Shown: positions 1 to 8,595 of the stretch, one piece after another
Position numbering within the stretch: position 1 is the first letter of the stretch
How the letters are laid out: each line of letters begins with the position of its first letter
NCBI GenBank assembly: GCA_041690395.1
Contig: JAWLHJ010000006.1
Span: 6,530 to 70,529, forward strand
Direction of reading: 5' to 3'
Origin: Longimicrobiales bacterium
Lineage (GTDB): Bacteria > Gemmatimonadota > Gemmatimonadetes > Longimicrobiales > Gaopeijiaceae
DNA: 64,000 nucleotides
Notes under the pieces: generated by a model
The model's input: only the letters and a program-made list of their open reading frames with translations
Databases searched by the model: none
Told to the model about the DNA's origin: nothing
Position numbers and translations under genes: made by a program

Positions 1-2314
1 CGCCCGAGCACGCCGGCGTGCCCCCGGCGGCGGCGTCGAGGCCGGCCTCGACGCCCCACGCCTTCATCTGCCCGATGTTGTCGAGCTGGGTCGAGCGGAA
101 GCCTCCGGACGGCGCGAACTGCCGGTCCACGAGGAGGTCGTCGACGGTGCGGTTCCAGTAGGTGACCTCGAGACCCACCCGGTCATCGACCAGACCGACC
201 TCGGCTCCGACCTCCCACTCCGTGCTGACCTCCGGCCGGAGATCGGGATTGCCGAGGTTCGACGGCACGACGCCGGCACCGCTCTCGGATGCGAGCGGAC
301 TGAAGGTGGTGAGGCGGTCGAAGGCGCCGGGCTGTAGTCCTGACTGGCCGATGGCCGCCCGCACCCGGAACGACGACAGGCCGAGCGGCCGGTCCCAACT
401 CCGCCAGTCACTGGGCACGACGGAGAGGCTCGCCTTCGGATAGAACGCCCACCCCGTCTGTTCGGCGAAGGCACTGTGGCGGTCGTAGCGCCCGCCGAGG
501 GTGAGGAACGCCCAGTCGCCGAAGCCGAGTTGGCCCTGCGCGAAGACGCCACCGCTCACCTCGGCCAGGCGGGACTCGGTGAGGGTCTGGGCGGCGCCCG
601 CACCGGCCACGTCGAGCCCCGGGCCGCTGAAGTTCTCGCCGGTGCCGCCGAGCTCCCGCGTCTCGGCCCGCACCTGCTGCGCGCCGACGACCACCGAGGC
701 CGTCCAGGCCTCGGACAACGTCCTCGACCAACTCGACTTCAGGTCCACCGTCACGCGCCGCCGGTTCCGGTCGCTCACCCGCCGCTCACCGGTCGGGTCC
801 TGCTGCGAGACGCCGTCCACGTTCCATCCGAAGGGGATCGTGTGGCTGTCCTGCTGGCCGACCACGTCCAGCCCGACGGTCGCGTCGAAGGACAGCGCGT
901 CGATTGGCGTGTAGGTCGCGGACAAGCTTCCACCGAAGCGCCGTACGTCCTGCTCGCTGAAGCGGTGCAGGACCTCTCGCACGGTCGTGAACACCGGGTC
1001 ACCCGTCGGGTTCGTCTCGCTCGCGAGCTCCGGCTTGCTACGGATGACCGACGTCGTCGGCCCGAGCGTGTTGTTGTTGTTGTTCGGAATGCTCAGGTAG
1101 CTCTCGGTATAGAGCGAGGTCACCCGGAGCTGCAGATCATCGGCGGGCACGAACGACAGGTTGGCGTCGAATTGCCGCTTCCTGCCGATGTCCTCGGCAC
1201 GGGGCAGGCCGTAATCCCGCTTGAGGTAGCCGTCGCTCGTGAACGGGCCGTTCTCGCCCTGGACGCGCCCCGACACGTAGTAGGTCACGGCGTCGTTCCC
1301 GCCGGATACCGAGAGGGTCGTGCTGGTGCTCCGACCCGTCTCGAACAGCCTGGGCACGAGGTCGACCTCGAACACCTCCCATGGCCGGATGTCCTGGCCG
1401 AAGAACGCGCCCAGCTCGTCGGCCCGCTCCTGCGTGCGCGCGAAGCCTGCGTGAGGCCGGTACCGCCCCTCGGGATACCTGGAGAAGCCCTGCTCGACGT
1501 CGAGGTTCCAGCGGGTCTGGCCCGCGGTGCCGCGCTTCGTGAAGATCTGGATGACGCCGTTGGACGCCTCGGTTCCGTACAGCGTGGCGGCGGCGGCGCC
1601 CTTCAGGATCTCGACGCGCTCGATGGACGCCGGGTTGATGTCGTCGAGCCGCGACGGCGATCCGCCGCCTCCGCCGACGTTGCCGCTGAAACCGCCGCCG
1701 TTGTCGATGCGGACGCCGTCCACGTAGACGATGGGCTCGTTCGACTGGGACAGGCTCCCTGTTCCGCGAATGCGGATGCGGGCGCCCTCGCCGACGAGTC
1801 CGCCGGACGGCAGCCCCACAACGCCCGGATCGCGACCGAGCAGCGCCTCCGAGACGGTCGTGATCGGAGCCCGCTCGAGCGCCCGCCGGTCGATGGTCGA
1901 GACGGTGTTGCCGAGCTTCCGGCGCTCGGTGGCCACGCCGGTCCCCGTCACCACGATCTCGTCGAGCGCGATGGCGGACGAGCCGAGCGAGAAGTCGGCC
2001 CGGACGGTCTCACCGGCGACGATCTCGACCGTGCGCGACTCCGAGCCGAAGCCGAGGCTCTCGACCCGCAGCTCGACGGGGCCGACGGGTAGCCCGTCGA
2101 GGAGAAAGGTGCCGTCCCGGCTGGTCAGCACCCCGCGCTCGAGAGCCGGGGCGTAGATCTGGACGGAGGGCAAGGCGCGGAGCACGCCCGCCTCGCGGAC
2201 GGAGCCGCCTACGGCGCCGGTGTCCTGGCCGGCGAGAGCGCCGGCCGAAAGCGTGGACGCGAGGGTGAGGCCGACGGCCGCCGCCGCGCGTCGTAGTGTG
2301 GTCGATGTCGACAT
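1..2314 (-). CDS. SusC/RagA-like TonB-dependent outer-membrane receptor (3' part runs off the window)
   Basis: Manual translation from ATG at 2314: signal peptide MSTSTTLRRAAAAVGLTLAS..., N-terminal carboxypeptidase-like domain, TonB-box-like LDEIVVTGTG, plug motifs IRIRGTGS, EPIVYVDGVR, DINPASIERVEILKGAAAATLYGTEASNGVIQIFTKRG. Absent from the ORF track because it has no stop in the window. Confidence 0.93.
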   Translation of the reverse strand, partial: MSTSTTLRRAAAAVGLTLASTLSAGALAGQDTGAVGGSVREAGVLRALPSVQIYAPALERGVLTSRDGTFLLDGLPVGPVELRVESLGFGSESRTVEIVAGETVRADFSLGSSAIALDEIVVTGTGVATERRKLGNTVSTIDRRALERAPITTVSEALLGRDPGVVGLPSGGLVGEGARIRIRGTGSLSQSNEPIVYVDGVRIDNGGGFSGNVGGGGGSPSRLDDINPASIERVEILKGAAAATLYGTEASNGVIQIFTKRGTAGQTRWNLDVEQGFSRYPEGRYRPHAGFARTQERADELGAFFGQDIRPWEVFEVDLVPRLFETGRSTSTTLSVSGGNDAVTYYVSGRVQGENGPFTSDGYLKRDYGLPRAEDIGRKRQFDANLSFVPADDLQLRVTSLYTESYLSIPNNNNNTLGPTTSVIRSKPELASETNPTGDPVFTTVREVLHRFSEQDVRRFGGSLSATYTPIDALSFDATVGLDVVGQQDSHTIPFGWNVDGVSQQDPTGERRVSDRNRRRVTVDLKSSWSRTLSEAWTASVVVGAQQVRAETRELGGTGENFSGPGLDVAGAGAAQTLTESRLAEVSGGVFAQGQLGFGDWAFLTLGGRYDRHSAFAEQTGWAFYPKASLSVVPSDWRSWDRPLGLSSFRVRAAIGQSGLQPGAFDRLTTFSPLASESGAGVVPSNLGNPDLRPEVSTEWEVGAEVGLVDDRVGLEVTYWNRTVDDLLVDRQFAPSGGFRSTQLDNIGQMKAWGVEAGLDAAAGGTPACSG

Positions 2315-2410
2315 ATCTGGGTTCGTTCCGGTTGCGAAGTGATGTAGATGGGGAGCGTCGGGTCCTTCACCGGGGCATTCGACACATCGCGCTTCTCCTC
2401 ACGCAGGTAT

Positions 2411-2446
2411 GAAAAAAGGCCCCCTCTCCGCAGCGGAGAGGGGGCC
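2411..2446 (-). terminator. Intrinsic terminator (attenuator 3:4 hairpin) in the receptor leader
   Basis: Minus strand GGCCCCCTCTCCG-CTG-CGGAGAGGGGGCC-TTTTTT: perfect 13-bp stem plus U6, ~100 nt upstream of the receptor start. Confidence 0.9.
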
Positions 2447-2476
2447 GGTCGGGCTCCGTGATCTCGGTCGGTCACA

Positions 2477-2560
2477 TCATGACGATGTCCACGCGCGAGC
2501 ACGCCCGTCCGCCTCTCCGAGTGGAGAGCCGCACCGACACATGCAGCAGCACATCATCAT
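2477..2560 (-). CDS. Met/Cys-rich leader peptide MMMCCCMCRCGSPLGEADGRARAWTSS (alternative in-frame ATG at 2608)
   Basis: ATG ATG ATG TGC TGC TGC ATG TGT CGG TGC gives 4 Met + 5 Cys in 10 codons. It lies between a SAM riboswitch and an intrinsic terminator and overlaps an alternative hairpin. Confidence 0.72.
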   Translation of the reverse strand: MMMCCCMCRCGSPLGEADGRARAWTSS

Positions 2561-2615
2561 GGTGGACCCGATCACGCAGGTTACTCGCTTTTTCGATCCG
2601 TGGATCATGGGCAAC

Positions 2616-2651
2616 AAAAAAGCCCCTCGGCGACATTCCGCCTGGGGGCTT
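2616..2651 (-). terminator. Intrinsic terminator of the SAM riboswitch expression platform
   Basis: Minus strand AAGCCCC-CAGGCG-GAATGT-CGCCGA-GGGGCTT-TTTT directly after the aptamer. Confidence 0.82.
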
Positions 2652-2656
2652 GCCAG

Positions 2657-2708
2657 GGCGGATTTAGCAGTTGGTAACGCGGATGCAATCGCCACAAATC
2701 GCCGCGGA
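2657..2708 (-). ncRNA. SAM-II (SAM-alpha)-type riboswitch aptamer
   Basis: Minus strand UCCGCGGC-GAUUUG-UGGCGA-UUGCA-UCCGCG-UUACCAACU-GCUAAA-UCCGCC: P1 CGCGG/CCGCG, conserved GAUUU, UUGCA and GCUAAA blocks, pseudoknot GGCG/CGCC. Confidence 0.83.
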
Positions 2709-2714
2709 GCGAAG

Positions 2715-2743
2715 ACGCTAGTCGAAGCCTTCGGAGGTGTCAA
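2715..2743 (-). promoter_or_regulatory. Sigma70-type promoter for the riboswitch/receptor transcript
   Basis: TTGACA (2743-2738), 17-bp spacer, TAGCGT (2720-2715). The predicted start (~2708) coincides with the 5' end of the aptamer. Confidence 0.75.
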
Positions 2744-4272
2744 CCGCGGGGCGGCATGACTCCGGTAGCGGGAAGCTGGATTCGGAAGCGCGTGCCGTCC
2801 CCCGGCTCGCTCATCACGTCGATCTCTCCACCGAGCTGCGTCACGATGCCGTACACGGTCGCGAGTCCGAGCCCGGTGCCCCGCCCTTCCGCCTTCGTGG
2901 TGAAGAAGGGCTCGAAGATGCGCGTGCGGGTGGGCTCGTCCATCCCGGAACCCGTGTCCTCGACCTCGATCAAGACCCTCCGCCCCCTATCGCCGTTCGA
3001 TGCAGGCTCCCTGGACTCGGCCACCCGGCCGGCGTCGGGATGCCCCGATGACGGCACGCGCGTCCGGAACGTGAGCCGTCCCGGTCCCTCCATGGCGTCC
3101 CGCGCGTTGATCGCCAGATTCATGAGCACCTGCCGAATCTGACCCGGATCGGCCTCGACCAGCGGCAGGCGGGGCTCGAGCTCCGTCTCGACCCTTATGG
3201 ATCCGCCCAGGGTGCGCGAGAGGAGTCCGGACATCCCGCGGATAATCTCGTTGAGGTCCACCGGCTCCAGGTGCAGGTGATTGGGCGTCGCTCGGCTGAA
3301 GGTGAGCATCTGAGCCGCGACGTCGGCCGCCTGCCGGGCCGCCTCCCGGATGGCTTCCGCGTCGTCCCGGTGCGGAGAGCGCTCCTCGAGATCCGCCAGG
3401 AGCAGGTCGGCGTGCGCCAGGATGACCGTCAGGACGTTGTTGAAGTCATGCGCGACGCCGCCGGCCAGCCGGCCGATAGCTTCCATCTTCTGGGTCTGTT
3501 GAAGCGTCTCCTCTAGGTGCCGCTGATCGGTGACGTCTGAGAAGACCTCCAGAACTCCGTCGAACGCACCGTCCGGCGTACGAAGGGAGACCGTGGCCGA
3601 CGAGAGGAGGACGATCCGCCCGTCGGGCCGCATGTAGCGGCGGTCGGCCCGGTCGATGTCGCCGGCATGTGCCCGGGCGACGCACGACGCGAGCCATGTC
3701 TGCACGGCCGAAAGGTGACGGTCTGTGCGGTACGCGCCGTCGATGCCGAGGATCTCCAGCGCCGACCGGTTGAGGAAGCGCGCGTCGCCGTCCGGCGAGA
3801 GCACGGCGATACCGACGGGACTCGCCTCGAGGATCTCGGCCTTAAGCGTCCGTTCGCGCTCGAGCTCGAGCTCCACGAGCCGTCGTAGGCCCCGCTCGGA
3901 CGCCCTCCCGACGGTCTCCAGCAGCGACGGCGGATGGACCGGCTTCACCAGGTAGTCGACGGTCTCCGCCCGCACCGCGCCGATCGCCGACTCGACCGAC
4001 GCCTGGCCCGTGAGCATGATGACCTGCGTGCCGCAGCCGGAGTCGTGCAGCGCCTGCGCGATGGACAGCCCGGAAATGTCCGGCAGGCCGATGTCGACGA
4101 GCGCCACAAGAGGTGGGTCCGGACGGTCGAGCACGGCTTCGAGCGCGGCGCGTCCCTCGCTCGCGGTCACGACCTCGTAGCCTCTCAGCTCGAGAATGTC
4201 CCCCAGGGTGCGGAGGAACGACGAATCGTCGTCCACGACGAGCACCTTCACCCGCTCCTTCACATTAGTCAT
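2740..4272 (-). CDS. Hybrid sensor kinase (REC-PAS-HisKA-HATPase)
   Basis: N-terminal REC (VLVVDDD...ALVDIGLP), PAS, H-box GGVAHDFNN, N-box MNLAINARDAM, G-boxes DTGSGM and FFTTK...GTGLGL. Confidence 0.93.
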   Translation of the reverse strand: MTNVKERVKVLVVDDDSSFLRTLGDILELRGYEVVTASEGRAALEAVLDRPDPPLVALVDIGLPDISGLSIAQALHDSGCGTQVIMLTGQASVESAIGAVRAETVDYLVKPVHPPSLLETVGRASERGLRRLVELELERERTLKAEILEASPVGIAVLSPDGDARFLNRSALEILGIDGAYRTDRHLSAVQTWLASCVARAHAGDIDRADRRYMRPDGRIVLLSSATVSLRTPDGAFDGVLEVFSDVTDQRHLEETLQQTQKMEAIGRLAGGVAHDFNNVLTVILAHADLLLADLEERSPHRDDAEAIREAARQAADVAAQMLTFSRATPNHLHLEPVDLNEIIRGMSGLLSRTLGGSIRVETELEPRLPLVEADPGQIRQVLMNLAINARDAMEGPGRLTFRTRVPSSGHPDAGRVAESREPASNGDRGRRVLIEVEDTGSGMDEPTRTRIFEPFFTTKAEGRGTGLGLATVYGIVTQLGGEIDVMSEPGDGTRFRIQLPATGVMPPRG

Positions 4273-4984
4273 CGGCATCGAGCGCCTCGAGCAGGTCGGA
4301 TACCGCGAACGGTTTGTGGAGGCTGGCCTTCACCCAGGGAACGTCGAAGTCGGTCCTCGCGCGCCTGAGCACCTGCTCGTATCCGCTGAAGAAAACGAAG
4401 GCGGCGGTGGGGCTGGCACGACGGATGGCCACGATCGCGGCGTTGGGCTCGGTTCCGGGAAGCACCATGTCGAGCAGTACGGCGGCCACTCCGTTCGTCT
4501 CGAGCGCGCTCAGGGCCTGGTCCACCGACCGGGCCCTGAGCACCTCGTACCCGGATCTCTCCACGGCCTCGGCGAGCGTCGTGAGGAAGTCCGGGTCGTC
4601 GTCGACGACCAACACGCGCTTCGGGCGGTCGACCAACGAGCCCAGAAGGCGCACGACCTCGGTCGGGTCGAGGGGCTTCGCGAGGACGGCGACGGCCCCG
4701 GCCCTCACCGCTTCCTCCAGGAGCGACGAGGCCGAATACGCCGTCATGAGCACGACCTTCACGTCGGGGCGGAGCTCTCGCAGCGCACGCAGCGCATCGA
4801 CACCGTTCAAGCCGCTCATCTTGATGTCCATGAGAACGACGCCGGGACCGCCGGACCGCGCCACGGCGAGCGCCTCCTCTCCGGAGTACGCACGCTCGGG
4901 GGTCCACCCTTCGAGCTCCAGGATGTCGCAGAGCGTGTCGACCATCGCCCGGTCGTCGTCCACCACGAGGATGCGCCGGCTCAC
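4265..4984 (-). CDS. Response regulator with two tandem receiver domains
   Basis: RILVVDDD...MDIKM...KP followed by a second VLVVDDD...LDMVL...KP. GTG start overlaps the upstream stop (GTGA). Confidence 0.88.
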   Translation of the reverse strand: MSRRILVVDDDRAMVDTLCDILELEGWTPERAYSGEEALAVARSGGPGVVLMDIKMSGLNGVDALRALRELRPDVKVVLMTAYSASSLLEEAVRAGAVAVLAKPLDPTEVVRLLGSLVDRPKRVLVVDDDPDFLTTLAEAVERSGYEVLRARSVDQALSALETNGVAAVLLDMVLPGTEPNAAIVAIRRASPTAAFVFFSGYEQVLRRARTDFDVPWVKASLHKPFAVSDLLEALDADD

Positions 4985-6777
4985 GTGTCCGCCCCCGGGG
5001 CCCGGGCTGGGATCTCCAGAACGAAGCTCGCCCCACCCTCCGGCACTTGCTCCGCGGTCAGTTGGGCACCATTCGCGGAGACGAGCATCCGCGACACCGC
5101 GAGCCCGAGGCCGATGCCACGCGCCTTGGTGGTGACCAGGGGCTCGAACACGCGCTCGAGCTGATCTTGGGGGATTCCGGGACCGGAGTCCGTGACCCGG
5201 AGGACGACCCCCGCCCCGCCCGGTTCCGCGGTCAGATCGACCGCCCCCCCTCCGTTCATCGCCTGGGCCGCGTTGGTGAGCAGGTTCACGAGCACCTGGA
5301 CGAGCTGGGACCGGTCGGCATACACGGCCTCTGCGCCGGGCGCCACTTCGACCCGGACGTCGAGCCTGTTCCCGGGGTCCGCCCTGGCGACGCATTCCTC
5401 GATGAGCGGCCCGACTTCCACCCGGCCCTTTTCCGGCGCGCTGACCCGCCCGAAGTCCAGGAGGTCCGAGACGATCTTCTCCGACGTGGCCACCTGGGTC
5501 TTCAGGATGTTCAGATACTCGCGAACCTTCGGCGGGGCGTCGGGCTGGACGGTCTCGAGGTAGTAGACCGCGTTCGTCATCACGCCGAGCGGATTCCGGA
5601 GCTCATGCCCGACGCCGCCGGCCAGCTGGCCGAGCGTGGCCAGGCGCTCCTGCCGGAGGAGCTGATCCTGGGCCTCCTCGAGTCGGGCCATGGCTTCTTC
5701 GAGTGAGCGCGTCCGCTCTCTCACCTGCTCCTGGAGCGTCTGCTCACGGTCGTCGACCTTGGCCGCCATCGTGTTGAACGCCTCGGCCAGCCGTCCCACC
5801 TCGTCGCTGCGGCCGTTCGAAGTGGGGACGCGCAGGCCGTGCTGGCCCCCGGCGATGGCTTCTGCGCCCCGGGTCACCTCCACGAGGGGACCCGTGACCC
5901 CGCGGCTCGCGAGCCAGGCGCCGAACGACGCGAGCGCGGCGAGGAGAAGACCCGAGCCGAGCATCCAGTAGAGAAAGTTGCGCGCAGGAGCGAGCACCGT
6001 GGCCATGTCGCGATGAACGAGAATTCCCCATGGCGCGGTCGCGAGTGGGACCAGAATGCCCGTCCGCCGGGTTCCCGCCTCGTCGGTGAACGAGACCTGG
6101 CCGGCGCCACCGGGCTCCGGCGGCCCGTCCACGACCGACTCCAGGTCCGTCCACACCGTGCCGTCGAGGTTCCCTAGTAGGAAGGTGGAGCCCGGCGCGA
6201 TGAGGTCGGCGTAGAAAGAGCCGCTGGGCGTCAGCCGGAGTGACGATACACCGACGATCCAACCATTCCACGCGTCCGTGTCGGCGCGCGCCATCATGTT
6301 GGCCCGTGGCTCGTCATCCACGACCCGGAGGGGTCGGATGCCCGCGGCAGGCTGTTCAGTGAGCCATACCGGGCAGCCTGCCATGGCCTGCCAGTCTCCC
6401 GTAGCCCCCCGCACGAAACCGACGCACGGCCCATCGTCCGGTACGAAGGCGAGGGCCCGCATCCCTTCGGGAACCTCGAGCAGGTCGAGGGCACCGGCCG
6501 CGGCGGGTTCGTTCCAGTCGTCTCCCGTGGCCGTGAGCGCCCCGAGCGCCCGAACGCCCACCGCCCGGTACGCGGCCTCCGAGGCTTCGAGCTGTTGCGA
6601 GAGGAGGCCCGCGAAGAGGGTGGTCGCCGACGCCAAGCGCTCCTGATTCATGCGGAGCAGGAGGGCTCGGAACTCGGCGTACACCACGACCGAGCCCGCC
6701 CCGACCACCGTGAGGACGAGGATCGAGAGGAACAGCGGAACCCGGCGCGCGAGGCTCGGCGGCCGCTTCGGTGCCAT
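4981..6777 (-). CDS. Membrane sensor histidine kinase with HAMP domain
   Basis: Two TM segments, HAMP (DEVGRLAEAFNTM), H-box GHELRNPL, HATPase motifs. Confidence 0.93.
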   Translation of the reverse strand: MAPKRPPSLARRVPLFLSILVLTVVGAGSVVVYAEFRALLLRMNQERLASATTLFAGLLSQQLEASEAAYRAVGVRALGALTATGDDWNEPAAAGALDLLEVPEGMRALAFVPDDGPCVGFVRGATGDWQAMAGCPVWLTEQPAAGIRPLRVVDDEPRANMMARADTDAWNGWIVGVSSLRLTPSGSFYADLIAPGSTFLLGNLDGTVWTDLESVVDGPPEPGGAGQVSFTDEAGTRRTGILVPLATAPWGILVHRDMATVLAPARNFLYWMLGSGLLLAALASFGAWLASRGVTGPLVEVTRGAEAIAGGQHGLRVPTSNGRSDEVGRLAEAFNTMAAKVDDREQTLQEQVRERTRSLEEAMARLEEAQDQLLRQERLATLGQLAGGVGHELRNPLGVMTNAVYYLETVQPDAPPKVREYLNILKTQVATSEKIVSDLLDFGRVSAPEKGRVEVGPLIEECVARADPGNRLDVRVEVAPGAEAVYADRSQLVQVLVNLLTNAAQAMNGGGAVDLTAEPGGAGVVLRVTDSGPGIPQDQLERVFEPLVTTKARGIGLGLAVSRMLVSANGAQLTAEQVPEGGASFVLEIPARAPGADT

Positions 6778-7021
6778 CGGCTCCCTTCACCATTGGAGGA
6801 GGACGATCGGACCGGGGGAGGCCGGCCGGTCGTGTGGTGTTCGGGCGCGCCCCGGTCGCGCAAGCCATCGTCGGGGTCTTACAAGAGGCTAACACGCCAC
6901 GTCGATGCGGCGCAAAGGAATTCTGGCGGAAGCAGGAGGAGCTTGGCCGTGTCGCCCCCGCAGATGTACCGTCGAGGCATCACCCGCCTCCCCGCGCACC
7001 CCAACCGTCACCCACAGGCCC

Positions 7022-7244
7022 CTTCACGGTCAGCACGACCTCACGCTCGTCGCGCTCTCGTACGTCGTCGCCGTCGTCGCGTCGTTCGGCGCGCTGACAC
7101 TGGCGGAGCGTATCACCAAGGCACGCGGCAGTCGGCTACGACCTCCCGATGGTCTTCCTGTCGGGTATTCCGGCCGTCGTGGCGTCGGGCTTGGCGCTCT
7201 GGATCGCGAGCGGAGGGGTCATTCGTCGCGGCACGTACGTCTGA
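7022..7244 (+). pseudogene. MHYT-domain sensor gene remnant
   Basis: LHGQHDLTLVALSYVVAVVASFGALTLAERI in one frame, then VGYDLPMVFLSGIPAVVASGLALWIAS..stop in another frame. The intervening MHYT-motif helix is missing. Confidence 0.55.
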
Positions 7245-7369
7245 CGTGCGAGGCGACGATCTCCCCGGACGACGAAGAGGACGATGGGCCCTGATCGGGC
7301 GCCAGCTCGGTCGACTCGGCACCGCGGAGGACAGGGCACTCGCCGCGATCGAGGGGGTACCTTTCAAAT

Positions 7370-7957
7370 ATGAATCAACATCGTGAAGACCCGCGCCTCC
7401 GCACGGATCCCGGGGTCATCGAGTACGTCGTGAAGCCCGACGGCACCGTGGTCGAGATCCGGGGGATATGGGACGACTTCGCCCGGGCGAATGCCGCCGG
7501 TGACCTCCGCATGGCCGACGTGGTGGGTCGCGACCTGTGCGACTTCGTGAGCGGTCCGGCGACCCGCCAGATCTACGAGGCACTGATCGGGCGGGTCGTC
7601 CAGACCCGCACCCCCATCCAGTTCACCTTCCGATGTGACGCCCCCGAGGTTCGGCGGCACATGCACATGGAAGTGATGGGTGATGGAAGCGAGAACGTCC
7701 GGTTCACCAGCCGCATCGTCAGGGAGGAGCCCAGGCCCCCTCAACCCCTCTTGAGCACCGACGTCGATCGGAGCGACGAGACGATCGTCATGTGCAGCTG
7801 GTGCAAGCGCGTGAAGCTCGACGAACGTTGGGTCGAGGTCGAGGAGTACGTCGCGAGCACGGGCCTCATGGAGGAGGAGCGGCTTCCGCAGCTGAGCCAC
7901 GGCCTGTGCCCGGACTGCGCCACCGAGATGGAGGCTCTGGCGGACGCCGTGGCCTGA
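7370..7957 (+). CDS. PAS-like domain protein with C-terminal CxxC...HGxCPxC motif
   Basis: CSWCKRV...W...LSHGLCPDC C-terminal motif typical of signalling proteins; PAS-like N-terminus. Confidence 0.75.
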   Translation: MNQHREDPRLRTDPGVIEYVVKPDGTVVEIRGIWDDFARANAAGDLRMADVVGRDLCDFVSGPATRQIYEALIGRVVQTRTPIQFTFRCDAPEVRRHMHMEVMGDGSENVRFTSRIVREEPRPPQPLLSTDVDRSDETIVMCSWCKRVKLDERWVEVEEYVASTGLMEEERLPQLSHGLCPDCATEMEALADAVA

Positions 7958-8030
7958 GGTGTGCAAGAACGGGCCGTTGGATCGTTCTCTCCTACAGAGG
8001 GTTTCGACTCCCGAGCAGGAGGCATGGATC

Positions 8031-8465
8031 ATGAGATCGTTCCGTCGCATGTCGACACTCGCCTGGATTCCGGTCGCCCTGGTCGCAACGACCCCGGCGA
8101 TGTCGACCGCCCAGGACGAGCCGCCCGCCGAGACGACCGTCGAGGCCGCCGCGTCGCTCCCCGACCCGGTCGTGATCGTGGCGAACCACAACTGGCTCGA
8201 CGTCCACATGTACGCGAGTCGAACCGCTGGCGGGCGCGTGTCCCTCGGCGTCGTGACGTCCAACACGACCCGGAAGTTCGAGCTCCCCGACAGGTTCCTG
8301 GACGCGGGCGGGGACGTCTACCTGATCGCCGATCCCATCGGGAGCCTGGATCGCTACGTGACTCCGGCAGTCGTCGCGGAGCCCGGCACGAACGTGGTCG
8401 TCCACATCGAGAACGCGCTGAATCTGTCGTCGGCGAGCCTGCGGGCCGCGAAGGGGTCGGAGTAG
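8031..8465 (+). CDS. Secreted hypothetical protein
   Basis: AGGAGG upstream, signal-peptide-like N-terminus, good codon usage. Confidence 0.7.
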   Translation: MRSFRRMSTLAWIPVALVATTPAMSTAQDEPPAETTVEAAASLPDPVVIVANHNWLDVHMYASRTAGGRVSLGVVTSNTTRKFELPDRFLDAGGDVYLIADPIGSLDRYVTPAVVAEPGTNVVVHIENALNLSSASLRAAKGSE

Positions 8466-8595
8466 GGGGCGCTCGGGACCAAGGCACGTCGGCGATACGA
8501 GACCGACGTCGCGCGGCGCCGGTCCCTCCGTCGGAACCAGCGTTCCGGGAAGCGTGTCTCATCATGATCGACGACCCCAGTCCGAGGCCCCATCC

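Noticed and set aside
476..2092. 538-aa plus-strand ORF (and similar long shadow ORFs such as 16045-17649, 53677-55935, 55869-58127, 56495-59365, 59943-61673)
   Set aside because: Antisense or alternate-frame shadows of well-supported genes in GC-rich DNA; Arg/Gly/Pro-rich translations with no motifs.
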